Source of the DNA: Orbicella franksi | Taxonomy: Eukaryota | Direction: 5' to 3' | NCBI GenBank assembly: GCA_964199315.1 | Contig: OZ116707.1 | Span: 7,254,001 to 7,318,000 of the forward strand | DNA: 64,000 bases | Shown: piece by piece, positions 47,593 to 59,149 of the stretch | Numbering within the stretch: position 1 is the first letter of the stretch | Layout of the letters: every line of letters starts with the position of its first letter | Notes under the pieces: generated by a model | What the model was told of the DNA's origin: nothing | Databases searched by the model: none | The model's input: the letters and a program-made list of their open reading frames with translations, nothing else | Position numbers and translations under genes: made by a program

Positions 47593-48413
47593 GTTGTCAC
47601 TTCAATTTCTATTACTATTATCATAGAAAGAGTGCAGACATTCGAAGTAGTAATACACTACGCTTACAGAAGTTGCCTTTTTGTGTTTCCACTCGCCACT
47701 GCTTCCCTGAGAGCATTCCCCTTCATCTCCGCCGGCAGGTCTTTTCAGGTTCCTAGGTAAGTGGATAAGAAAGCATGATGAATACACGCAATCTTCGCCC
47801 AACAAATTTTATAAACAGGTTCACCTGAAAAAAGATCATTCAAGAGGTCGCACTTACTTCCTTTCCATCTCTAAAGCAGAAATCTTGGTACGTGAACCTC
47901 AAATCTTCGCTTCGGTTGCACGTGCTTTGGCTAGTGTTTTCAGTATCAAGAAGTGGAAGAGAGTGGCACATTTGAATAAAAATTTTCTCACATCTGATGT
48001 AAAAAGGTGGCAAATTATTCTGAACAATGACCGAATAACAACTTCCCATTGTCTCGAAAACAAAAGGAACTTCAAAACAAGGGTCCTTGGTTTATGTGCT
48101 AAAGAGAAAAACAGACATGATTGAACACAAAGTCCGAAAGAAAAACAGTTTGTGAAGTCCACTTTCTTTTGGAGAGACCGGTGAGGACCAGATTGAAGAT
48201 GAAGTCAATTTCGTCAGTAAATGATGTATCACGATTTTATGATTCTGAGAGATCTTGGGAAAAATGTAAATTGTAAACTTATTCCAAAAAAATTCACACC
48301 AAATGAAACAGCACTGAAATGATTGCAGTCCGTGACTTGTGAATGCGCTTTTTGTGTATTGTGAGCACACCCCCAAAGGTATCACGCCAATTTAGTTCAA
48401 TATCAAGTTCAGC

Positions 48414-49025
48414 ATGGATGTTTGTTTGGTACTTTCGATTCATGTGTTTAGCTTTCTGGTGGATAAGGATCAAGTTAGCGCAGCAGGAGTGTGTTACAAG
48501 TGGTGGAAAATGATTTTTGGAAAGTTCTCAGTTCTAAGAGAAGTGGAGTGGCAAGAATTAGATATTTCAGGGACAGGAAGATTGTATCGTTTCATCCCAC
48601 TGAGGATGTTCGCAACATTGGAGCGCCTAAATATGTCCTCGACTATGATAACAAATGCTCATTTTCAACAGATAGTACAGGAGGCGAGGAATTTGGACAG
48701 TCTGAATATCTCTAACTGTTCTAGTTTAGACCAAAGCTGTATTTTTCAAGTCAAACAATATGTGAGCCAGCTGAGACATGTGGACATCTCCGGAAACGCA
48801 AAGTTTACCATTCTTACGGTCGCATGTCTTTGCTCTTGTGAAAATTTGGAAATCCTCATAGCGCATGAATACAAGTTTAGCGCAGAAGAACTACTTTTCC
48901 TGCAGAAAACTTTTGAATCGATTTCCAGCGGAACTTTGGAATTTGAAACCAACGATGGGTACAATGCACTGGACGTGATGACCACATTTGCTGAAGAGTT
49001 GTTCGGAGACGAACTGTTGTTCTAG
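48414..49025 (+). CDS. Intronless F-box/leucine-rich-repeat protein (203 aa)
   Basis: N-terminal F-box-like LSIHVFSFL...AAGVCYKW, then LRRs LDISG, LERLNMS, LDSLNISNC, LRHVDISGN, LEILIA. Confidence 0.7.
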   Translation: MDVCLVLSIHVFSFLVDKDQVSAAGVCYKWWKMIFGKFSVLREVEWQELDISGTGRLYRFIPLRMFATLERLNMSSTMITNAHFQQIVQEARNLDSLNISNCSSLDQSCIFQVKQYVSQLRHVDISGNAKFTILTVACLCSCENLEILIAHEYKFSAEELLFLQKTFESISSGTLEFETNDGYNALDVMTTFAEELFGDELLF

Positions 49026-51045
49026 CCTTTCTCGTTCTTGTCTATCCAGTTTTGAAAAGAATTAACTTAGCGTGTATCGTATGCCAGAGTTTGTTTCCTA
49101 AATAAGAACCGTGTGCGTAAAGAAATATTTCTTTTTTTTTTGCGAAATGCCATCGGCGGCACACTGTACTGGAGGTAATTTTCGAGCGAATTTTGACGTG
49201 TGAATAAACGAGAACCAGGCATATGACTAAGCCAAGAGTGTCTTGTTACCCTACGTGCCCTAGCTGGCAGCTGAAGTGATCAGAAATAATACTTCGCCAT
49301 TTATTATGCATCTGAAACTTGACAAGCTAGTAGTTTTGATCGTCATAAAGACATGGCAACTGTTTTTTATTTCGAAAATAGCGTGTTTTGTTCTGAAAAC
49401 ATGCTTACAAATTCAAATTTTGCGCGCTATTCGCAAATAGCCAATCGACAAGGCAGATTGTTAATCATTTTTTTTAATTATCGCCTTTGACTCCAACGGT
49501 AGATTGTGTAGTACACCCGCTGGTGTTTGCCTAGTTCTTGCGTGGATCATTACTTAATAATAACCCACAAAAGACAACCACAGAACATCTCTGAAACCAC
49601 TCTTGCCTCGTTGCTATCACATGGATCACAACAATGTCACTGTCTTCATGAACTGGTACACAAGAGCCAAAACAGAAGACAAAATAATGTGCAAAATACA
49701 ATGAAAAGCCAACAGCAATCATGATTGTTATCGCTGTGATCCTTTGTTTGTGATCATTGCAATTACATGGAATCAAAGTTAAAATATTAAGTTAACTATG
49801 AAACCAAAATTTGTTTTGCATTTTAATAGACTAAAACAGCTAGAGGTCTCATTACATTTTGATTATCCAGATACTCACGAGAGTGCTGAGTGTATGGTTC
49901 ATTCAGGGGGAATTGTTTTCAACACAAGGAGGACCTTGTGTGTCTGGTTTTGTGCTTGCTTATTTTCCCAAAAAAATTGAGCAACATAATAAAATTTATT
50001 ATACTAGTCACAGCAGCAACCCATCGTTAGAGCGGTTTGATTTGATATGCCCAAAGCCTGACACGTGTCAAGGTCATTTTATATCCATATGGAGTTGGTG
50101 GGGTTAGACAAAATAAGTTATCATAATTTCAGCTAATTTTAGCTGTTGAGTGGAAGTTCATTACCTAATTTTCACAGTCAATATTTTGCATTTGGGAGTA
50201 GTGAAATAAGTGCAGCATAGATACAAACCCAAACACTCAAAGGTTAGTCAGTAAGCACTTCAGAAACGGGCATCCATTAAAGAGCAACAAGAAAATTGTC
50301 TTGACAGCATAATTGTAAAAGAATATAAAAGTAATTTTGTGGAAACTACATGTACCTTCATCTTCTGTCTGCAGAGAAGAATATAATGTGATTCAAACTA
50401 AATCCAGTGTGGAATTCGAGTTGTATTACTTTTAGCTGCACAAAAATCAAGTACCAGAATAATTGAAATCCTGTTGCGTTTTTCTACCCTTTTTTAAAAC
50501 TAAAGATGTGAGTAATTTTCCGTGATAACACCAACAACAATTTCCTATCAGAGCCTGAGAAAATGAATTTCAAAGCTCACAAGAACCATGTTAACTATGG
50601 GTAAAATAGCTATCTTTTAAGTGATTCAGTGAAATTCAGTGGAATTTCGAACTTTGTTTTCGATGTGTGGTGTTGTTAGAAATGATTCCTTTTGATAAAT
50701 TATTTGAAACAGAAACACAAAATTTTGCAATAAGATGTAAATAGTTTTGCTACATAATTTTTTCCAGTTGAAGTCCTGGTTGATTCCATCTTAAACATAG
50801 TTGGATACATAGCATATAAAGTTAAACAGGAATTTCCAGAGGAGAGGAGGTGTTCCAACCAAGACACCTGTGAGGGGAGAATAGATATTTTGTGAAACAA
50901 TATATAATAGTGCATAATATTGTTTCAGACATTTATTGAATAAACATACACATAGTACATGTACATTAAATTAATCAATTCAGTGAGCTTTAAAAGAGTT
51001 ATTTCTACTTGCTAACAATGCTCATTGTCTTCCTAACTACAGCAC

Positions 51046-53212
51046 AGGTGCCACCTAGAGGATCTCCGAAATGCTTGGGTGTCTGAAGCCCGTGGTAGTA
51101 CAGAGACTGACCATGCCAGTGATGGTGAAGACCAAGAAAGTTACAAGTATGCATCAAGTAGTTCAGTAGACATCCACAAGTTCCCCACCAGCACTGGCTG
51201 GAGCAGCGACAATAAGGGTGGAGATGGTAAACACAGGTAAACACAGGTAAAAAAAGGAAAAGAAAGAGTACCACGGAGCTGCCCATTAAAAGGCTGTAAG
51301 TCCAAAGTAGTTCACCTCCCAGGCCACTTGAGAAATGTCCACAAGTGGACCAAGGAAGAGGCAAAGAAGGCCACTTCTAGATTTGGACTAAGGAAAAGTT
51401 TCCATCCAAAATATGTTGAAAAGCCTGTCCAACAGTCATCAGGGGCTAAAAAGGAGAAGAAATCAAAAGACTATCACCGCCACAGGAGGTGTCTATTGCA
51501 GGATGCAAATCAGTGGTTAAGCACCTGTCAAATCACATTCAACAAGTTCACAAAGAGATTAAAAAGGGCTCTCCTGTTTACAGATGCTTAAAGAAGCGTG
51601 CCCACTCAAGACCTGGAAACCATTGGGGGCAGCACAAGACAACCCCAAAGTTAAACATGAAGGCAACTTTTCAGAAGAGGAAAGTATGACGGATGATGAG
51701 CCTCATAATTTGCATGTGCATGTAGAACCACATGAAGAAGAAAATGAACTGAAATTTGCAGACGACACAGAAGAAGCAAGTGTTGAAGGCGACGGATTAC
51801 GAGACGAAGAAGAAGAAGAAAATGTGGAAATTTTCAATTCATTTTGCTAGTGGCTGCAAACAGCAGATGGTGGTAGGAAGGATACAAAAATGGCCAAGCA
51901 GCATTGCTCACAAGTATGAAAGATCTTGGTCACAATCGATCCAGAGAAAAACTTGACATCCCTTTTCAACAAATCTCTAGTTCGTGACAAATTCCTTAAA
52001 GAACATGCTGAACAAAACTACAAGCCAGACACAGTGAAGGCTCACTTACTGAGTCTGAGAAACTTTTGCTCCTTTGTTCTCACTGAGGAGCCAGAATGTA
52101 TAACAGTTAATGCAGCCATCATCCAGCAAGTTGCTGAGAAAGCACGTCTGTGGTCATCTTCCTACAAGGACAGTAACCGCAGACTTAGTAACTTAGTAAC
52201 ACCAGAAATGATATCCAAATTTGAACGCAGTGAATCAGCACAGATGGCTGTTAACTACATTGATGAACTTAGTGGAGCACACTCCCTACAAATTAATCAG
52301 TCAATCTACACTCTCATTAGAGATTATGTATTACTTGAACTAACAATTGCCAATGCACATAGGTCTGGAAGAAAGGTGGCATGGAAGGCCACATATGTGC
52401 GACTATTTTCAGAAAATCAACTGTAACCAAGGTACACGAGGATCACAAAGAACTGAAAGGTGATCTAGCTGACCTGATGGGGCACAAGACAACAACAGCA
52501 GAAAAATTCTATCGTCTGCCTAAAAAAGAAGCCTGCATTGAAGCAGCAAACAACCTAACTTCCATCATGAGAGCGCCGAAGGAAGTACCTGTTTCAGATC
52601 AGGACACACCTGGAAAAGCTGAAAACAAGACCCAGCTTCCTGAAAGCTTACAAAAGGAGCATTTTTCATGGAATGAAGAGGATGTGGCAGCTATTCGTGA
52701 GCTCTTTGCTGGGGAAATAAAAAAAGAGTCTGTCACTATGGCAATTGTCAGAGATAAATACGTGACCATCCTACTCTGCAGCATCTGGATGCTAAAAGAG
52801 TCTGTGACAGGGTTAGGAGTGAATGGTGGCACAGAGATCCCAAATATGAGGAAGTGGAAGATACAAGTGGCATCCTGCACTGCCTGAGCAAACAGAAAGC
52901 TCTAATGAGAAAATGGACCGCTTCTTTAAAGCTTGGCCATCTGACACAAGTATGTGCAGTTCATCAGATGTTGTTCCACCATCAAATCCCAGCTATGCAA
53001 CCAAGAACATCTTCAGTGATGAAGAAAGGAAATTGCTTCTCAGAGAGTGTGGTAGGATGGTAAGGGGAGGAATAATTTCAAAGCCAGCAGTCAAGCAAAT
53101 TCTTGAAAAAACAGATGAGGGGAAGGAACTTCTTCACAAGTTCAAGATTGATCAACTCATTAATCACCTGAAATATGAAAGGCACCTAAACAATTGTCAG
53201 AAGTCAACCTAA
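51046..53212 (+). pseudogene. Crypton-like tyrosine recombinase with two N-terminal C2H2 fingers and C-terminal Myb/HTH-like repeats; frameshifted, internal deletion near 52370
   Basis: CPLKGC...HLRNVH and C..x.CKSVVKHLSNHIQQVH; core-binding region YKPDTVKAHLLSLRNF; catalytic NAHRSG, ATIFRK, LMGH, EKFY; C-terminal FSWNEEDV...LF and FSDEERKLLL. Confidence 0.7.
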
Positions 53213-53660
53213 GAAGCTGGTAACACTAACATCTTTTAGGGCACATTCATTTGGGATCAATTCGGAATAAGAATAATAGCTGTTATTACAGTTGAGCCCA
53301 CGGTACAGCGGTATTAGTTGCAGAGTGCGCCAGGGGAATACAAGCGCCTCATGAGAAAACTTCGAGAAAAATAATAATAATTATGGATTCCTCTCCGGAT
53401 TTTGCATTTTTCTCACAAGAAGAGAGGCTACAATTACTCAGCGGAAACTGCCCTCGTCATTTGACAAAGCCTAGGCTGAGATCGTGGCTTTCATACCGTG
53501 TAGAAACAGCAAAAGATGGCAGTGCTTCGAGTGACGCTTACAAACGTGAACTAATGCACATCATTCTTCCTGCCCTATTTTCGTGCAGGAATAACAGTTT
53601 TTTGCCCTCTCAAACGTATATAACGTTTTCTTTTTTGTAGAGTTGTGACTTACATAAAAA

Positions 53661-54050
53661 ATGGATGAGAAAACAATTTCACTGAAAGTTGGAAACACTG
53701 CATCTGATGCGAAAAATAAAGTTGTTTCCTCGTCGAGCACGAGTTCTCCGAACACTCTACACGAGTTCCCACAGGCTGCAAACTGATGTTCCATCCAGAG
53801 GGCTGAATTTCCACCATTCACAACTGAGAACATGATGAATCACTTTATTAAGAGAAAATCAGGAGATTATGAAGGCAATAAAGACTATAAGAATTTAAAT
53901 TTAAATAGTAAGGCATTTGGACTATTCAGACATGGTCATGTACAAAATATCGAAGTTGCCACTACTACGTGATCCATATAAAGTACAAGCTCAATGTTAC
54001 CATGATCAATTCCAGAGAGAAAGCTGGTGAGATTACCTATGCCTGCTGCA
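53661..54050 (+). pseudogene. Truncated second ORF of ISL2EU (N-terminal, pre-SWIM part of a YqaJ-type protein)
   Basis: FPPFTTENMMNHFIKRKSGDYEGNKDYKN...KAFGLFRHGHVQNI ... GEITYACC. Assignment rests on family knowledge; the nuclease domain is absent. Confidence 0.5.
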
Positions 54051-54699
54051 GTCAGGATCTAGTTTTGTAACATCCCAGAGATGCAGCTTTTTCAAGATTG
54101 TACTCCACTGAGAGTTGTTATTGTGTACAGTAATACAGTAATACTTAAACTGAAAAAAATGCACCAATGTAAGCCTGTTATGTTAGGAAAAGAGTAAAAA
54201 GGTTTTTTGTTATTATTTGATATAACTGAAATGAAGAAGAGAAAAATACATGTAGTTGTTCATTGATCATGGTGATGTGTAAATAAGCTGAAATCTGCCA
54301 ACACAAGACTTTAGGGCACAACCCTTTCACCCCACCCCTTCCCTACTGGAACTGGCAGCTTAGGTTAATGCTAACAAAAAGAGCATCTTGTGTGATTGAA
54401 AACAATGATATGTAGCATGTAGCCTTGTCCCATGTGTTCAATGCATTTATTCTGTATTTTACTATTACATATTTGAAGGCAGAGCTCATTTGTGACATCT
54501 TAATCAAGGAAGGTACTTTTTTAAGTAAATATGCTAATTACAACAATCTATTTATGAAACATGCAATGCAACTGTGCTTGTGAGCTTCTTAACTCTAGAA
54601 AGCCCCTTCTAATAAGATACCTCACCAAGGGCCTAGAGGCCTGAACCAAACCCTAGGGCACTAGATATAATAGGGGAAAAACTATCTAAAGGTAGACTT

Positions 54700-56235
54700 T
54701 TACTTTACAAGAGGTGGCAAAAAATTAGTGAACATTGCACACACAAAGAAAATCATGTCAATAAGGCCACTCTTGCATAGAGTTGTTGGAATAAAGTCTA
54801 AAATATGGTAATTCTTTATACATTCAATTGCACATTCAACAGGAATTCTGAGGGTTGCAATCCTTCGGGTTGCCAGCATTTCCTGTTCAGTAAACTGTCC
54901 TGACTGATTCATGAGGGAACATTCACCTTGACACCTTTCGAGGCTAACATTTCTTGAATATTGAACCCCTGATCTGCCATGACCTCATCTCCTCGCTGTA
55001 ATTTGTCAATTAAACCAGATTTACTGGTTATTTCCTTATCAGAAATACAGCCAACATAGAGATCTGAAATAAAAACAAACACTGCCACTTGGAGTAATAC
55101 CGACCAATGCCTTGAGGGTATTAGTGTTCTTGTAAGTTGAAAATGTGAGCTGTTGTGCTTCTGGGTTACTAGGTTTTTCTATGTACATTTCAGTTGCATC
55201 AATGATTACTGTAGTTCCCTTGTACTTGTTTTTGAAGCATGCAGGCTTGTGTAACTCAATTATTTGTCTGTCGGGGAAAATGTCTAATTCTTTGAATCTG
55301 TAGTACATAAGCTTTGTCCAAGTAACAATAATTGTCACTTGGAGCTAAATCCTCCCCAAGTAGACTAACTTTGTAGCGACACAATACAAGGAAAAATTTC
55401 TCCTCCACTGACAAGGTCCTTTTTGGGCCTGCCTTCTCTCTTTTTTGAGCATCATTCTGTTCAGTGTTGCTGTACACAAGTTTAGAGGCTGCATCCCTAC
55501 CTAAAAAGCTAAGAACTATGCTGAAAACTCCATAGTTTGGAAACCAGTATAGAATCTCAACAACTTTGAATTACTCTTAATACTATCAATGTTAAAGAGA
55601 CTTTGTTGGAACATGCTTTCCAACTCTTTCCTAAGCTCTCGTTCTAGTTCAAGTTGTTTCATTTTTTCAATAGGTTCTTCTTCAAGTTCCTTCCTCTGAA
55701 CCTCTAAACATTCATTTAAGTGCTTCACTTCTTCTTCCTTTTCTTTAAGCTGCTCCATTCAAAGTTCTTCTTTGCTTTTAACCTCAGCTTTATCAGCAGA
55801 GACACTAGGAAATCCACATTCTTGACATGGAATATTAACAGATTCTAATTCAACTAATTTATTGACAGGGTTAGACTGAGAGTTCAGTATAACTTCATCT
55901 TTGACTTGGTGCTTTGTTGTTTTACGTGCAGCGGAACGATAAACAGGAGCTTTCCGCCTTGATTTTTCCTCTGGTGAAAAACTGAATCTTTTAGGAACAG
56001 ATCCACTTTTCAGATACCTTTTTCCTCCCACACACCACATAAAACAGTCTTCAGAAAAGTGTTCACTGCAGAGGTAAGAATGTTTTGACACAGGAGGGTC
56101 TTTTCTCTTCATTTTAAGCAACCAAGTTCGAAGAAACTTAGCATTATTTATAGGTAAAGAATGCCACGACAGTTTTGAACATTTGGGCTTGTTACTTCTG
56201 TTAACATATCCATAAGCAATGCAGTGCCTTACCAT
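54700..56235 (-). pseudogene. THAP + HTH + DDE_Tnp_4 (HARBI1-like) transposase, degraded
   Basis: THAP MVRHCIAYG...W...LCSEHF; RTLSVEEKFFLVL; IIDATE, TYKNTNTLKALVGITPSG, MADQGF, RI(P)VE. Confidence 0.9.
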
Positions 56236-56484
56236 GCTTTTCACGACAGAATCAGGCCAGATGAACCACCAGATCCGCAAACACAAATGAAGAGAACAGT
56301 CCACAGGTCAAAAGGACAGATGATTCCTTGTTGAGGTATTTTTGTTTGACCCGAAAGCCTCACTTTTGCGTGCACTGAAAGTAACACCACTGAAACGTGG
56401 GCTCAACTGTAATAACAGCTATTGGAATAATGCAAGTTAATGTTCGTTTGGCTGCTCTTCCTATTCCAGAATACTTGGATTTCC

Positions 56485-56516
<32 letters not shown>

Positions 56517-57748
56517 GCTGGAATATATTCCAGAATATATTCTTATTCCAGAATATTCCCAAACGAACACGCCCTTAGTCTTATGAAAATGAATTGTAAA
56601 ATCAACTTTACAACAAGAGACCATTTGAGATGTTTATGTCAAACATGCAAAGATTTATGTTAGTGATAGTAATGACTGCTTGAGGCTCACCAGATTGCTT
56701 AAACAGTATAACAGAATTCATAGGAAAGCTACCTTTACATTGTATGTTTGTCCCAAGGATGAAGAATTACATGCGTTTTATTTACTACACAGAGGCGTGC
56801 TGTTGATAAATTTCTCAACCAAATGACTAATTCACTTGTGCGACCAATATCCTTTGCACACACTATCTTTTATAACTACACATCTACCAGGAATCTTTGC
56901 GCATTTGGTATCATAATCCAAAATTAATGGTCTGTTGCATTTATGCTGTCATCAATCCTACAACTAAATCGAACTGTAAATACTGGTAAAGAAATATCTT
57001 CACCAATCACAAAAAATGAGGTATGGTGGCCATTTGAACCAGTTGACTTTTCTGAAAATTTAATAATTTTCATGTAAGATGATTGACTGCAGCATAAAAC
57101 ACAACCCTTACATGTACTCTGCTAGATTGAAAGGTATTCTGTGCCCAATAACAATCATTTGTGTTGGTTCTGGGGATTGAGGGAAACCTGACTTAAAGGG
57201 GCAGTAATACTACACCATTTAACCTTGCAGCATGTAGCTAGAACTACACACATTAATTGGGCAATTGAAATTGAAAATGATCAGACAAAAGTCAATTTTA
57301 TGTAAAAATAAATCTTGACAGTCCTTGGGGTGAAGCTACATGTACAGTGTACTTGTGGTGACACTTGACTCATTTTCAGCAGCTTTAACCTGAATGTGAC
57401 ATTTTTGGCAAATTTGAAACCAATTTCCTTTCCTGACTTGTGTTAGCAATCTACACTTTACACATTTCTTAGTTGAGGCAGCTGAAAAGGTTCGCATACA
57501 TGCATTAAATGTAAATTATACCAACCAGATACTTTTCAGTAGATTACAACGATGCCTACAGTAGAACAAACAGCAGAGTCATGCTGCACTTTCTCAAAAG
57601 AGCACACGTCTTTGAAAAAAGTGCAAAATTAAATAGATTGTATGGTAGGATACAAACAGCATGGCAAAATGTGTTTGTTTGTCCTTACATCTTGCAAGCA
57701 GGCAACATTATTACAAAAAGGTGGTCACTCTTTGGCTCTTTGCAGTGA

Positions 57749-57982
57749 GGGATTGGCCATTATAATTATTTTCCAGGGGTATGGGCTGGGCAATTTTTTT
57801 TCCTGAGCCAGATTTCTGTTATTTTTTTTTATTTTTTTTCCTTTTGCTTTGTTACATAGATGTATCTGCATTTGTTTCTTTGAAAAAGTTGTTTCTCTGT
57901 TTTTACTGTGAAGGAATTACTTTTGGACTTTTGGTAATACACCACCCCCCTCCTCTTCCTAAAATAATATAATGGCCAGCCC
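57749..57982. mobile_element. MITE with GGG...CCC ends
   Basis: GGGATTGGCCATTATAATTATTTT / AAAATAATATAATGGCCAGCCC inverted; TSD unclear. Confidence 0.55.
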
Positions 57983-58809
57983 AAAATTAATGAGATGTCT
58001 ATCAAAGTACTTTAAGTGAAATGTCAATGCAGAGAGATATCTTAAATTATGAGCTGTTGAATATTTTAGATGAGATTTTTTTTTGTTGATAAAGATGCTA
58101 TTTATTGAATATTTTAGATGAGATGTTATTTATTGATAAAGTTACCTGCACACTGTTAGAGTCATTTTATCTTGGACACCCAATCACCTGAGTATTGAAC
58201 GGTTGCATGATAAATCAAAAATTAGTTTTGTCACGATTTGATCTTAGAGAGGTCTATGGAAATAAAACATTTTTCAAACCACCGATAAGGAGTTCTCATT
58301 TCTGTCTTGGATGAGAATGTGGACCCCTGAGGAAACCACATTTTAATTGGCTTTCCCCTGATTTTAACATTATTTACAATACTGATTTGGCTTGGCGATT
58401 ATCCGGACGTATACTTTAAAACTGCAGCGATGTGGTTAGCTTCCCCCCCTCAAATACAGACCTGTAATTTACTGTTACTTCTGATTTACTTTCTGAACCA
58501 GTGAAGGTTTTATCCCCCACACTCGTTTTTCGCTCCACGCTCAATAGGTTATTAAGAAAAAAAAGGGGCTGCACCTATTGTAACACTTTCTGTACAGTAA
58601 AAGTTGCTGAAACTGCAAAAACAGCAAGCGAGAAATTGTGCTTACCGACGACTGACCATAGAATAGCTGGCGATGTGAATGTGTTGTGAACATAAAGGAA
58701 ATGCAACTGTACAGGACTGTTACTTTATTGCTCAAATTAATCGTACCGCTGTTGTTAGGCAACTGTAAAGAATTCTCTAAACTTAATGGCTTGACTGAAA
58801 AGAAAAAAA

Positions 58810-58920
58810 AAACGTAATTTAAGCGTTTTATGCACGTTACGTAAGTGCCCTATCTGATGTTACCAAAGTGCCTTAATGTTACGTAAGTGCCCTACTTGAA
58901 GTTACCAAAGTGCCCTATCA
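58810..58920. repeat. Short tandem gttac(g/c)(t/a)aagtgccct repeats (4 copies)
   Basis: Read directly; resembles TE subterminal arrays. Confidence 0.65.
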
Positions 58921-59103
58921 TTACATTGATTGCTCACTTTAAGAGAAACTTCTTGATGTATGTATGTGTATATAGATAAAAAAAATTCATGGATATATAT
59001 ATCTCTATATCTAGGTTGAGCACTCTGGCATGGCTTAGATGATACCACAAGTGTGGAATTGTTTGGGGAAACCATATGGCTTCTCCTTCATCCTAGCGTT
59101 AGC

Positions 59104-59149
59104 ACTGCACTGATGAGGCCCAGAAGGCCGAAACAGTACCGTCTGCAGT
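59104..59149 (+). ncRNA. Minimal type I hammerhead ribozyme (Penelope/retrozyme type)
   Basis: Stem I ACTGCA/TGCAGT; core CTGATGA (59110-59116); stem II GGCC-cagaa-GGCC; GAAA (59130-59133); short stem III; GTC cleavage triplet (59141-59143). Confidence 0.85.

Larger units (their letters stand above)
53278..56420 (-). mobile_element. ISL2EU-type (PIF/Harbinger group) DNA transposon, 3143 bp
   Basis: TIR AGCTGTTATTACAGTTGAGCCCACG (25 bp perfect, ~45 bp imperfect); AT TSD at 53276-53277 and 56421-56422; two convergent ORFs. Confidence 0.85.
53239..56574. mobile_element. PIF/Harbinger-type MITE, split by the ISL2EU-type insertion
   Basis: GGGCACATTCATTTGGGA...GGAATAAGAATA and TATTCTTATTCC...TCCCAAACGAACACGCCC are inverted; TTA TSD at 53236-53238 and 56575-56577. 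Confidence 0.75.
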
